Positions 1-9,440 are shown, counted from the stretch's first letter. The stretch: DNA of 48,571 nt from an uncultured archaeon (GCA_964372665.1 CAYJRE010000002.1:768-49338); one strand, 5' to 3'. Notes: a model not told the origin generated them from the letters alone. Numbers and translations: made by a program.

Positions 1-138
1 GCACGCGACTTTGGCATATAAGACTTAACCAAAAAACCCTCCCTCGTCATTTATTTTGGGTAATTATTTGTTTGATCGTTCACCCAAAACCCGTTTTTCT
101 TCGACAAATGCGAAAGTTTGGTTCATGGAAGGTGAATG

Positions 139-146
139 TTTATATA
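139..146 (+). promoter_or_regulatory. TATA box of pilin gene
   Basis: TTTATATA ~60 nt upstream of ATG 209; SD AAGGAGG at 191-197. Confidence 0.55.
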
Positions 147-208
147 CGAAACCGCCTTTCCTGGACGATAGCCAATTGCCTTTCTTTGCAAAGGAGGAGA
201 GAAATATT

Positions 209-676
209 ATGATTAATTTAGGAAAACGAGGACAATCGGCGCTGGAATACCTGATGACGTACGGCTGGGCGCTCGTCGTCATCGTGATTGCAGTTGCCGC
301 GCTGGTGGTACTGATCAACCCCAGCACCATCCAAGGAGACCAATGCGACGCCAAATTCGGACCGTTTACGGTGTCTCAGAACAATGTAGTAGCGGGATCC
401 ACTCAACTTGTTTTGGTCAATCAGACTGGACAGGCTGTACAGTTCACGAGCGCAACCGTGACTGGGACAAACGGTGGAAATAATACATACGCTTCAGGGG
501 CCGTCGCTTTGTCGGGAACCGGCATAGACATGAACCCTAATGAGACAGATACCTTGGTTATCGACCCCGCCAACGATTTGAGCACCGGAGCCTACAGCTT
601 GACGTATAATCTCACGTACACTGTTGGCCAGCTGGCTGGCGTAGTCGCGACAGGGTCTTGCCGCGGAACGATTTAA
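209..676 (+). CDS. Archaeal type IV pilin-like protein (class III signal peptide)
   Basis: KRG/QSALEYLMTYGWALVVIVIAVAAL prepilin motif; beta-rich C-terminal domain; SD before ATG 209. Confidence 0.85.
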   Translation: MINLGKRGQSALEYLMTYGWALVVIVIAVAALVVLINPSTIQGDQCDAKFGPFTVSQNNVVAGSTQLVLVNQTGQAVQFTSATVTGTNGGNNTYASGAVALSGTGIDMNPNETDTLVIDPANDLSTGAYSLTYNLTYTVGQLAGVVATGSCRGTI

Positions 677-690
677 CAGTAAATAAGCGA

Positions 691-733
691 TCTTGCTCGG
701 GGTTTTACCTGGGCAAGACCCTTCTCTTTTTTT
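691..733 (+). terminator. Hairpin plus T-tract terminator
   Basis: TCTTGCTCGGG/CCTGGGCAAGA stem with 2 G-U pairs, then CTTCTCTTTTTTT right after the pilin stop. Confidence 0.6.
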
Positions 734-757
734 ATAATCCAATACCCATTCTGCCCT

Positions 758-1432
758 ATGCCTAGCTCAAAAACCAAAGCCAATGACAATCATATGGAGC
801 GCGAAACTCCGCATTTAGTGGATGGAAACAACAACCACCTGCTTTCCGAAGAACAAATCCAGGACTTGTTACGACCCGGAAAAGAATTCGATATGCGTTT
901 GCAATCCCATGTTTCCCAACTATCCTTTGGAACCAACAATTTGGTTTTAGTGGGGTTGCGCGACTATGCCACGACCCCCCAAGCCCTATTGTCCTATTTC
1001 CAAAAAGAAAAAATTCCCGGCATTTATATCACCATCAACAAGCCCTACGAAGACCTCACCAAAACGCTATCCAACCCCCCCGAAAACGTGAAGTACGTGG
1101 ACGTGATTACTGCATTGACCGGTCGAGAAACCGAGGACACGCAACATGTCACCTATTTGGACTCCCCCTTAGCATTGGTCGAACTCAACCTGGCCATCGC
1201 AGACCAACTCAAAGCCCTCGTGAGCAACAAAAAATTCTTGATTTTAGACTCGGTATCCACCCTGCTCGTGTACAATTCCCCCCAAGCCGTAGAAAAATTT
1301 TGCCACACCGTCATCGCAAAAAACCGAAATGAAAGCGTGCTCGGCTTATTCATCATGATTGAGTCCGAAGAACACCATTCCGTAGTCGAAACACTTGCGC
1401 AGTTTGTCGACAAAGTGATTTCAATCAAATAA
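758..1432 (+). CDS. KaiC/RAD55-like RecA-fold protein, probably inactive ATPase
   Basis: GIYITINKP and Walker-B-like FLILDSVSTLLVYN; no Walker A GxGKT. Confidence 0.6.
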   Translation: MPSSKTKANDNHMERETPHLVDGNNNHLLSEEQIQDLLRPGKEFDMRLQSHVSQLSFGTNNLVLVGLRDYATTPQALLSYFQKEKIPGIYITINKPYEDLTKTLSNPPENVKYVDVITALTGRETEDTQHVTYLDSPLALVELNLAIADQLKALVSNKKFLILDSVSTLLVYNSPQAVEKFCHTVIAKNRNESVLGLFIMIESEEHHSVVETLAQFVDKVISIK

Positions 1433-2567
1433 GAAACTCATTCCGCTCCACTAACCCAAAACCCAAACGAAGTTGGCAAACGGCATCCGCCTCTTCAAAA
1501 AACTGGTGAACCCGCTTCGAACCAATCATTGCTTCTCCTCTTATTTTTTCCAACTCAATCATTTTTTCTTGGACGCGACGCTGCACCCTTTGTTTCTCCC
1601 ATTCGAGCTTGGAACGACGAGCATACAAGGGATGAGATACGTATTCCTGGTGGTTTTGTTCCAACACCGAATCCAAATCGGAAACATACTCGAAATAATT
1701 GGAAAAGAAAGGGTTTTCTAGGGCCTCCAACACCATTTTTTTCATTTCTTCTTTTCTCTCTTTCGAAAAAGGGAACTTTTTCTCGTTCAACGAGTCGACC
1801 GACAAACGCAACAACATCAGTAGCCCCGCTCCATGGCCGTCTTTTTCACGAGCAGAGGACGGGTTGGCCAAATACAATTGGAGCACGCGAAGCTGAGCAT
1901 TCTCCATCTTCTGAAACGTTTTCGTTTTCTGAGACAATTCATCCAAGACCAGCCCAATCTTATTCCACACGCCCATCCATGCCCCCACGAGTTCCTTTTT
2001 CTGGTGAAGCAACGCATTGCGCGACTCTTCCAAACGGCGAAGCGTATCGTATCCCTTTTCAGCAGATAAATACTGGAGTTCTTCTTCCACTCTTTCTGCC
2101 AGTCGTTTATCCCGCTCAATTTCACGCTCACATTCTTCTTGAGTTTGCATGATAGCGCGCTGCATTTCTTGTTCTTTTTGCAAGTTGGTGAGCAATTGGA
2201 AGGGCTTCATGGCAGCATGCTTAGATAAGTTTTGCATGACGATACGACGCATCTCCAACAATGCGTCGTCCAACTCTCGCGCATGAGGGTTGGATGCTAA
2301 AAAATGGTGTTGGACGTTTTGGGAAAAGAAAGCGTGGCTGTTCAAGGCATACTCGATCAGCGTTTCTCCCGTGACGGGAGGGAGGAGATTTTTCAACGAC
2401 TCTTTTACTGAGAGAAGCGCATTATCTTCGAGACTTTCGAGGAGACGATGTACCACGTGCTTGACTTGGGCAGCCCGGAGGGCCAGCGCATGTGTGACGC
2501 GAACCCTATCCTTTTCTAGTGATTGCTCCGCGGCACGGAGACCTTCTTCAAGGCTATATACCCGCAT
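1425..2567 (-). CDS. Hypothetical coiled-coil protein
   Basis: 380-aa E/K/L/Q-rich helical ORF; convergent overlap with the previous gene. Confidence 0.65.
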   Translation of the reverse strand: MRVYSLEEGLRAAEQSLEKDRVRVTHALALRAAQVKHVVHRLLESLEDNALLSVKESLKNLLPPVTGETLIEYALNSHAFFSQNVQHHFLASNPHARELDDALLEMRRIVMQNLSKHAAMKPFQLLTNLQKEQEMQRAIMQTQEECEREIERDKRLAERVEEELQYLSAEKGYDTLRRLEESRNALLHQKKELVGAWMGVWNKIGLVLDELSQKTKTFQKMENAQLRVLQLYLANPSSAREKDGHGAGLLMLLRLSVDSLNEKKFPFSKERKEEMKKMVLEALENPFFSNYFEYVSDLDSVLEQNHQEYVSHPLYARRSKLEWEKQRVQRRVQEKMIELEKIRGEAMIGSKRVHQFFEEADAVCQLRLGFGLVERNEFLI

Positions 2568-2676
2568 CCAGGATCCGCAAGTACTAACCCACGAGCCCTT
2601 TTTGGTTTTACGCTTTCGTCTGCAAAAATGGCGCGAGGTTTAAAAAGGGCAAACGAGTAAACCCCGTCGAGCAACC

Positions 2677-3321
2677 ATGAAAAAAGTCACCGTTCTTTCA
2701 TTTGTCATTGTCGTAGCCTTACTGTTTTTACCGTTTGTCTCAGGAAACGTCGCGACAACAACAATGACGTGGTTCGTAGCAACCGTTAAGAGTGTATCCG
2801 TATCGTATGGTTCTCCTTGCACGTCGTCCGCCTTCTTTTTTGTTGAAAGCAATGCCCAGTTTGACCCAGATTCGGACGGCAACTGGGCTAGGAATGTCCC
2901 CCAATCCACGCGAATAGGGGCCGGAGACACCAATTGCCAAACTTCTTCTCAAGCAGGGATGGTTGTTTCCAATAATGGAACTGCTTCCATCAATGTGGAT
3001 GGTAATTTTACTTCGGCCATGTCTGGTGCAGATATTAATATAGAGTTGAAAGTGTGGCAGGGCAGTTCGGGTTGCGGAACGAATGGTTTAGGGGGGTGGG
3101 AAGAACCATGCAGTGTTACCTCAACGACAACAGCCCCGACTACTACCACGTGCCGGGAGTATAGCAGTGGTTCGAGTAATGCGGCTACAGCCGGTCAACG
3201 ATTGGTCACCGCCTTGGCTGTTTTTAGCAGCCAACAATTATGCTTCTCGGGAGACGCAAACGGTTTCCTGTCTGCCGGAGACCACAATAAATCCTACCAA
3301 ATAGGAAGCGAGTTCTCCTGA
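2677..3321 (+). CDS. Secreted beta-rich surface protein (possible fibre subunit)
   Basis: Sec signal peptide MKKVTVLSFVIVVALLFLPFVSG; S/T/G/N-rich; 6 Cys; TATA-like TTTAAAAA at 2639-2646. Confidence 0.7.
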   Translation: MKKVTVLSFVIVVALLFLPFVSGNVATTTMTWFVATVKSVSVSYGSPCTSSAFFFVESNAQFDPDSDGNWARNVPQSTRIGAGDTNCQTSSQAGMVVSNNGTASINVDGNFTSAMSGADINIELKVWQGSSGCGTNGLGGWEEPCSVTSTTTAPTTTTCREYSSGSSNAATAGQRLVTALAVFSSQQLCFSGDANGFLSAGDHNKSYQIGSEFS

Positions 3322-3413
3322 TGCTCCTTTTCTTCAACTACTTTTTAGGATAGGAGAAAAGGTTGTTTTATTAATATCAAAAAAGTATATCTGCAAACGG
3401 TTGATTTCTTCCC

Positions 3414-4517
3414 ATGCCCTCAACGAAAGCCAGTCTCAAAAAAGTCCCAGAAACCATTCCCGTTTCTTTGCCTGAAAAAAACAACACCCCATCACGGTTT
3501 TCCCGTCAAATTCCAATAGGAGGAATCATTTTAGTCTTGGTCGTGGGCGTGTTAATTGGTGCCTTCCTTGCGGGAGGGGGTTCCATCACCGGACTCGTTG
3601 GTGGGGGAATAATCCCATCCGTTAATTCCTCAACAGGGGGTGCAGACTCTGCATTATCTGGGGACGCTCCCCTTACCTATGCTGGTGTTTCTCCGGGAGA
3701 AAAAGGAGAAGCGTTGAAAGGGCAATTTTCAAAAGCCAAATACCAAAAAGAAGTATTTCGACCCGACCGAGAAAACTATGACTTGTTCGAAAAAGCGGCA
3801 ACTTATCGCGGGGAAACGCTCGAGCAAACCAAAGCCTTCTTTTACAATTGTTGCGGTCTCACAAGCGAAGCAGACATTTTTGCTCAGTTGCCCCCGCTTC
3901 CGGATGACTTTGCAGACATCGCATTTGCAATACAAACCGGGAGACTATTCCAAATCGGACTATTAGAAAAAAATATTTACACGCAACCCGAGACTTATTT
4001 TCATGGGAGCGAGACGGCAGCCGTTAACCGGTACTGGGCTTTCAAAGGTTGGGCCGAACCCGATTTGAGCCAATGGGGGGATTATGGAGGCCAAGCCATG
4101 CCCGCCCACCAAAGCGCAAGCGTCAACAAAAATGAACAGAACACGTTCACCGCCGTCGTTTTTTTCACGAATGGTTGGAACATCCAAAACTATGTCGGAA
4201 TCAACCTGCTCCCGAATGCCGAATCAACCCAATACTTTGACGTGAGCATTTCCGAAGATAAAACCGGCAAACCCTACTTCTTGTTGGGGCCCACTTTTCC
4301 AGTCTTTGATAAGGATTGGGCCACCAAGGTTACCATCGAAGGAATCGTTAAACCCGAAACCCCGAATGGAGTATACACGATTATCATTAATCCCTCCCGC
4401 CCCCCCAAAGAGTTAGATGGAGAATGGTCGAACGAACACCCGGGGTTATACGCCCCCTACGGTGGCATCGGGCCGAGCGGGGGATACATTACCCTAGAAA
4501 TAACCGTTACCGAATAA
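3414..4517 (+). CDS. Membrane-anchored extracellular hypothetical protein
   Basis: Single N-terminal TM (IILVLVVGVLIGAFL), Gly/Ser linker, C-terminal Ig-like beta domain. Confidence 0.7.
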   Translation: MPSTKASLKKVPETIPVSLPEKNNTPSRFSRQIPIGGIILVLVVGVLIGAFLAGGGSITGLVGGGIIPSVNSSTGGADSALSGDAPLTYAGVSPGEKGEALKGQFSKAKYQKEVFRPDRENYDLFEKAATYRGETLEQTKAFFYNCCGLTSEADIFAQLPPLPDDFADIAFAIQTGRLFQIGLLEKNIYTQPETYFHGSETAAVNRYWAFKGWAEPDLSQWGDYGGQAMPAHQSASVNKNEQNTFTAVVFFTNGWNIQNYVGINLLPNAESTQYFDVSISEDKTGKPYFLLGPTFPVFDKDWATKVTIEGIVKPETPNGVYTIIINPSRPPKELDGEWSNEHPGLYAPYGGIGPSGGYITLEITVTE

Positions 4518-4584
4518 CGGCTCCTGAATCATAGTCGGCGAGAGGTATAACCTAATTAATTCCAACCCCTTCATCCGACCACCT

Positions 4585-6549
4585 ATGGGAAGAAAGCGTT
4601 CAAATTTCACTGAGAGCCACGCCGCTTTTCTCGTATTCATCCTCCTTTTTTTCCCCCTCGTCGATGCGAATGTTTCTTCATCCACCACCACGTGGAGGTC
4701 GGGATCCGAAACAGCCTATACCATGAAACTATTCTACCCTCTTTGCGCAGCCTCGACCGGAAGCCAAGTCATTACCGCGACCGTTAAAGGGATATTATTC
4801 AACCAAATCCAAACCGATGCCACTGTTTTTGCCACGATTCGAAAACCCGACTCAACAACCACGGACATCAATTTCACCAGTAATGGGGATGGCACCTACG
4901 ATTACAATTTCAACTTTGACCAAAATGGAACCTTTTTCATCCAAGCGCACGCCTACAATGGATTTTCCGGAGCCAAAGGAGACGTGAACGGGTACCGCTA
5001 CATCAAAGACCTGAATTGGACTACTGCATTTCTCAACAACAACGCAAGCTTAAATGCCGGAGACCTGGGAACGATCCGAAACACCGCAACCAACATCGAC
5101 AACAACCGCGTGTTAGATATCAACGTGAACACGACCATTTACTATCCCAACAGCACCGTGTTTGATGCCAACGCGAGCATGACTCAATCCTCGACTGGAG
5201 AATTCACTTACTCCTTTTTCGCTCCCACCACGAGTGGGACCTATACGGTGGCCAGCATTTTCAAATGCGACTCCTTGTATGATTTCAATAACGCCGGGCG
5301 ATTTACGGTTGCAGCAGCCGGAGGTGGCGGCGGTGCCGGTGAGGGAGAAATCGGAGGAGGAGCAGGTGGAGGAGGAGGCGCAGGAAAACTCGCCCAAATC
5401 ATTTCCGTAACATTCAAACCAAGCCTCAGCCGAAACTCGCCCTCTCAAATGAATGCCAAAATCCAAAACCTCACGAGCAAAATAACCGATTACGTGTTCG
5501 AGTACATCCTTAAATCTCCTAGCGGGCAGCTCACATTGGGAGAAAAAGAAATACTGGACGTGGGGCCATTCAACATCACCGAGGTCTTCATTGATACCAT
5601 TACTCCACTCGAATTGGGGGACTACAATTTAATCGCTCGACTCAAATCGCTGGACAAGAAAAAATTATACGATACGTACATCCAATCCTACCCCATGCAG
5701 GGAACACACTCTCTTGCAATCGATGTCCAACCCACTTCACTCAAGACAGCCTTGGGGTTAACCTTTCCCTTCACCATCAACCTACTCAACAACGGGGATT
5801 TCACCGAAGAAAACATCCAAGTCACGTGGTATATTTTGGGTCCGGAAGGAAACGAATACGTACGATCCACATTTAGCACGTCTCTCAATCCCAACCAAAC
5901 TAAATCGCTCCCCTATTCTCCATTCATCCCGCTGCAATCCAAAATAGGGCTGCACGAACTCACCGTGGAAGTAACCGCTTACAACGTGACCCAAACCAAA
6001 AAAATCATGTTCACAGTAGTCTCGCCCCAAGAATACTATGCGCAACTCATCGCGGACTTGGAATTGCGTATCGACCAACTCCAAGAAAAAATACGATCCT
6101 TGCAACAACGCGGATTTGATGTTACGGAAGTCAAACTCATGCTGCTCGATATTCAAACGGATTTGGCGAAAGCCAAAGGAATGTTTTTGGCTGGAAACTA
6201 CGAAAACCTAAACCAAGAATTGTTGGATTTATCCGCGGCCGTCACGCGATTAGCTGCCATGATTGACGCCCTCGAGCAACAAGCGCCCCTCCTTTCCCGT
6301 GAAGGACTATTACTCATCCTCTATGCGGGGGCGCTGCTCTTACTATTATTGTTCCTCTGGCTCCTCCGAAAGCTCCTTCAGAAAAAAACAAAACCATCTG
6401 TCGGAACCAAGATCAGTCCTCGACTTTTACCCACGATGCCGTGGCTGGACCGCTTATTAGACATCGTTACCTGCTATTATCCTAAGAAGAAAAGGAAGAC
6501 GCTGAAGCATAAGCCTTTAATAGACGAACTTCTAAAATTGAAGGAGTAG
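4585..6549 (+). CDS. Large cell-surface protein: Ig/CARDB-like domains, Gly linker, coiled coil, C-terminal TM
   Basis: Signal peptide, many NxS/T sequons, poly-Gly linker, LLNNGD CARDB-like motif, heptad region, TM followed by a basic tail. Confidence 0.75.
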   Translation: MGRKRSNFTESHAAFLVFILLFFPLVDANVSSSTTTWRSGSETAYTMKLFYPLCAASTGSQVITATVKGILFNQIQTDATVFATIRKPDSTTTDINFTSNGDGTYDYNFNFDQNGTFFIQAHAYNGFSGAKGDVNGYRYIKDLNWTTAFLNNNASLNAGDLGTIRNTATNIDNNRVLDINVNTTIYYPNSTVFDANASMTQSSTGEFTYSFFAPTTSGTYTVASIFKCDSLYDFNNAGRFTVAAAGGGGGAGEGEIGGGAGGGGGAGKLAQIISVTFKPSLSRNSPSQMNAKIQNLTSKITDYVFEYILKSPSGQLTLGEKEILDVGPFNITEVFIDTITPLELGDYNLIARLKSLDKKKLYDTYIQSYPMQGTHSLAIDVQPTSLKTALGLTFPFTINLLNNGDFTEENIQVTWYILGPEGNEYVRSTFSTSLNPNQTKSLPYSPFIPLQSKIGLHELTVEVTAYNVTQTKKIMFTVVSPQEYYAQLIADLELRIDQLQEKIRSLQQRGFDVTEVKLMLLDIQTDLAKAKGMFLAGNYENLNQELLDLSAAVTRLAAMIDALEQQAPLLSREGLLLILYAGALLLLLLFLWLLRKLLQKKTKPSVGTKISPRLLPTMPWLDRLLDIVTCYYPKKKRKTLKHKPLIDELLKLKE

Positions 6550-6559
6550 ATGGTTGAGT

Positions 6560-6826
6560 ATGGTTTCGACTGAAGTGATCGTTTCAATTGGTCTTTTTAT
6601 CGTGCAAATGATTATTGCGGTTTACTTAATACGCTATTCCAATCAGCAACTCATGAGAAGCATCTCCAACCTGCGCGACAAAAACTTGGAACTAATGAAG
6701 CTCAACGCCCGCCTAACCAAAACAGTCATCCTGAACGAAGACAATTTTCGGAAAGAATTGGATTCGTTAAAGTCCGGGAAAGCAAAATCTGAAAGAACAA
6801 CCGTACAAGCAACCAGCAAATCGTAA
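6560..6826 (+). CDS. Small TM plus coiled-coil protein (paralog A)
   Basis: N-terminal TM; shares VSIGLF and AVYLIRYSNQQL with the next gene. Confidence 0.75.
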   Translation: MVSTEVIVSIGLFIVQMIIAVYLIRYSNQQLMRSISNLRDKNLELMKLNARLTKTVILNEDNFRKELDSLKSGKAKSERTTVQATSKS

Positions 6827-6847
6827 CTGAAAAAGAGGAACCAAAAA

Positions 6848-7081
6848 ATGCCCTTTGCCGAAATCACGGTCTCCATTGGCTTGTTTACCATCTCCATGCT
6901 GGTCGCCGTGTACCTCATTCGTTACTCGAACCAACAACTCACGGCTTGCCTCACCGCATTGGAGGATAAGCACAACGAACTCGTGGATTTGAACGGAAAA
7001 CTCGCCAAACAAATATTACAAAGCGACAAAAAACTGCGCGTGGAATTGGAAGGGGTCAAATCCAAGCATTCAAAAAAATAA
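6848..7081 (+). CDS. Small TM plus coiled-coil protein (paralog B)
   Basis: Paralog of 6560-6826; SD-like GAGG upstream. Confidence 0.75.
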   Translation: MPFAEITVSIGLFTISMLVAVYLIRYSNQQLTACLTALEDKHNELVDLNGKLAKQILQSDKKLRVELEGVKSKHSKK

Positions 7082-7110
7082 CCTTTTTAGGAAAAAGATT
7101 AATCAAAAAA
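7079..7110 (-). repeat. REP-like hairpin, copy 1
   Basis: Minus strand TTTTTTGAT-TAATCTTTTT-CCT-AAAAAGGTTA. Confidence 0.55.
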
Positions 7111-7114
7111 TCAT

Positions 7115-7591
7115 ATGGGTCAAATGGAACGAGACCGCATTCTCTCCAAATTCAAGGAAATGGACATCCCATTCGAACACCTCGTTCATGAACCGGTGTA
7201 CACGAGCGAGCAGGCCATGCTCGTACGAAAAGGAGAGTTGCATAACGGTGTAAAAGCCATGGCGTGCGAAACCGAGCGAGGAACGATTATCGCTTTGCTG
7301 TCTGCCGACCTCAAACTAGACATGGAAAAGCTTGCCGAGCTCATTCAATTCAAGAAAATAAAACTCGCGAGCAGGGAAAAGGTACTCGCGCGCACGGGCT
7401 GCGAAGCGGGGTCCGTTCCTCCTTTTGGTTTTGACCCACCTTTGCCCACCTATATTGATGAATCCGTCTTCGACCACGAAAACGCGGAATTCAACATCGG
7501 CTTGTTAACCGAAAGCGTGCGCGTCAAAACGAGCGATTTGAGAAAAATACTGCCGCAGAAGCTGCTGAAATTCTCCCAAAAAACCGAGTAG
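7115..7591 (+). CDS. YbaK/ProX family aminoacyl-tRNA deacylase
   Basis: HEPVYTSEQA, conserved Lys (VKAM), TGCEAGSVPPFG, EFNIG. Confidence 0.85.
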   Translation: MGQMERDRILSKFKEMDIPFEHLVHEPVYTSEQAMLVRKGELHNGVKAMACETERGTIIALLSADLKLDMEKLAELIQFKKIKLASREKVLARTGCEAGSVPPFGFDPPLPTYIDESVFDHENAEFNIGLLTESVRVKTSDLRKILPQKLLKFSQKTE

Positions 7592-7598
7592 CCATTGG

Positions 7599-7871
7599 TC
7601 ATTTCTTTAGCTTTGTTTCAACCCATCGCTTTTTGATGCTAGGAAACGTGAGCGTAGACAAAATAAACCCAATAACCGGGACAAACGCCGCCAAATACGG
7701 GTTTGGCGCTGAAATCAGCACCAAAAAAAGGGTAGCCAAAATATATGTCATAATGGAAATAACTCCCATTCGAAACAAACTGGTTTCCCATGCCTTATCC
7801 ACCTCCACTCGCTTATTGCGGTTTTTGATTACCTTCAGTTCTTTCCGCACCGCTGACATTTCTTTACTCAT
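7599..7871 (-). CDS. Small two-TM membrane protein
   Basis: IKNRNKRVEVDKAWETS followed by two hydrophobic helices. Confidence 0.7.
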   Translation of the reverse strand: MSKEMSAVRKELKVIKNRNKRVEVDKAWETSLFRMGVISIMTYILATLFLVLISAPNPYLAAFVPVIGFILSTLTFPSIKKRWVETKLKK

Positions 7872-7931
7872 TTGCAAACAAGGCTATCCTCCCCATTTAT
7901 AATCCTTTTATTGGGGTTTTTGGTTAGAAAA

Positions 7932-7987
7932 GGCGAGTTTTAACGAATTCGCCCATGATCAACCAACCGTTTTGGTTGTGAGGTGAA
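7932..7987 (+). promoter_or_regulatory. Kink-turn in rpl7ae 5' UTR (L7Ae autoregulation) with competing hairpin
   Basis: C-stem TTCGCC/GGTGAA, 3-nt bulge CAT, tandem G.A/A.G, U.U pair, NC-stem CAACCAA/TTGGTTG; covers SD GAGGTGA; TATA-like TTTATAAT at 7896-7903. Confidence 0.8.
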
Positions 7988-7993
7988 AAAAAC

Positions 7994-8356
7994 ATGGCTA
8001 AAGAATTCGATGTTCCTACGGAACTCAAAGAGAAACAAAACGAGTTTCTTTCCGAATTAAAGAAAAAGAAAGGGAAAGTACGTATTGGAGTCAACGAAAC
8101 CACGAAAGCGATCGAGCGCGAGCAAGCCAAATTGGTCATAATAGCCAAAGACGTTTCTCCACCCGAATTAACGATGCATTTGCCCTTGTTGTGCAAGGAA
8201 AAGAGAATCCCCTACACTTATACGGATACGAAAAAGGAGCTGGGAGAAAAAGTGGGGATTAACGTTGGAACGGCCGCCGTGGCCATCGTAGAGGGGGGCG
8301 ATAGCCAAGCCAACTTGGAAAACCTCGTCAAAAAAATCCAAGCCTTGAGCAAATAA
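7994..8356 (+). CDS. rpl7ae: 50S ribosomal protein L7Ae (eL8)
   Basis: GVNETTKAIER, VIIAKDVSP, LPLLCKEK, ELG motifs. Confidence 0.97.
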   Translation: MAKEFDVPTELKEKQNEFLSELKKKKGKVRIGVNETTKAIEREQAKLVIIAKDVSPPELTMHLPLLCKEKRIPYTYTDTKKELGEKVGINVGTAAVAIVEGGDSQANLENLVKKIQALSK

Positions 8357-8383
8357 GAGAGCGGAGAAAAAAGGTGAACACGC

Positions 8384-8593
8384 ATGGCTGAAATAGGAAC
8401 TCCGGCAGAGGTAGTCGAAGTGGTAAAAAGAACAGGCGTTCACGGAGAAATCGCCCAAGTCTTATGCCGAATATTGGAAGGACCCGAGAAAGGACGCGTC
8501 AAACGAAGGAACGTCAAAGGCAATCTGCGCGCGGGGGACAAACTCATCCTGTTAAACACGGAGCGAGAAGCCAAAGAGATCCGTGCGCGTTAA
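8384..8593 (+). CDS. rps28e: 30S ribosomal protein S28e
   Basis: RTGVHGE, RNVKG, EREA; conserved synteny; SD AGGTGA. Confidence 0.95.
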   Translation: MAEIGTPAEVVEVVKRTGVHGEIAQVLCRILEGPEKGRVKRRNVKGNLRAGDKLILLNTEREAKEIRAR

Positions 8594-8644
8594 AGCAAAG
8601 CGAAAAAAGAAAATAGAAAACAAAAAAATGGAATGTGAAAAGGC

Positions 8645-8893
8645 ATGGATTGTAGTTTTTGCGGAAAAAAAGTTCCAAAAGGAACCGGTCTCCTGTTCGT
8701 GAAAAAAACAGGGCAAGTATATTCGTTTTGCTCTCGGAAATGCGAACGGAACATGCTGCACTTAAAGCGACAACCTCGAACAACGAGATGGACCAAGGAT
8801 TTTGCCAAGACCAAATCCTCTAACTTGGCCATTCGCGAGCACGAAATGAAAGCCAAAGAGAAAAAATCCGAAGAAGTAATGGCCAAAAAGTAA
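8645..8893 (+). CDS. rpl24e: 50S ribosomal protein L24e
   Basis: CSFCG...GTG...FCSRKC...PR..RWT. Confidence 0.95.
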   Translation: MDCSFCGKKVPKGTGLLFVKKTGQVYSFCSRKCERNMLHLKRQPRTTRWTKDFAKTKSSNLAIREHEMKAKEKKSEEVMAKK

Positions 8894-8910
8894 AAATGGG
8901 TTGATTTTGC

Positions 8911-9405
8911 ATGATGGAACGAACCCTCGTTTTAATCAAACCCGACGGCGTGCAACGCGGCCTCATTGGAAGAATCACCCAGCGTTTCGAAGACGCCGGA
9001 CTCAAAATCGTGGGCATGAAAATGGTCCAAACCAGCAAGGAGCACGCCCAAAAACACTATTTCGATGTCGAACAACGCCGAGGAAAAAAAGTATTCGACT
9101 ACAACGTCAACTTTCTTTTGGAAGGGCCCGTAGTAGCCTTTGTTTTAGAAGGAATCCATTCCGTGGAACAAGTACGAAAAATGGTGGGACCCACCGAACC
9201 CAAAGCCGCTCCACCCGGAACGATTCGAGGAGACTTTACCCACCAATCCTATGCGTATGCCGATGCGCAAAACCAAGTCATTCGGAACCTCGTCCACGCT
9301 TCCGCAAACACCGAAGACGCCAAACGAGAAATCGAATTATGGTTCACCCCGAAAGAACTCCAAGACTATAAGACCGTGCACGAGAGGCATGTCTTCGGAA
9401 AGTAA
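8911..9405 (+). CDS. ndk: Nucleoside diphosphate kinase
   Basis: ERTLVLIKPDGVQRGLIG, PGTIRGDF, NLVHAS. Confidence 0.97.
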   Translation: MMERTLVLIKPDGVQRGLIGRITQRFEDAGLKIVGMKMVQTSKEHAQKHYFDVEQRRGKKVFDYNVNFLLEGPVVAFVLEGIHSVEQVRKMVGPTEPKAAPPGTIRGDFTHQSYAYADAQNQVIRNLVHASANTEDAKREIELWFTPKELQDYKTVHERHVFGK

Positions 9406-9440
9406 ACCTTTTTGTATAACCTGCCCACTATCCTGCATAG

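Noticed and set aside
1..17. Possible start of a minus-strand gene (MPKSR...) leaving the window
   Set aside because: Only five full codons are visible, which is too little to support a call.
56..208. Upstream extensions of track ORFs (56, 12854, 14854, 22406, 31388, 37163, 39854, 41667)
   Set aside because: They run through promoters, repeats or neighbouring genes; downstream starts fit SD/TATA positions, ATGA overlaps and family N-termini better.
6289..6549. C-terminus of the large surface protein as an archaeosortase substrate
   Set aside because: No PGF/PEF-like motif before the TM, and a ~55-aa cytoplasmic tail follows, unlike classical sorting signals.
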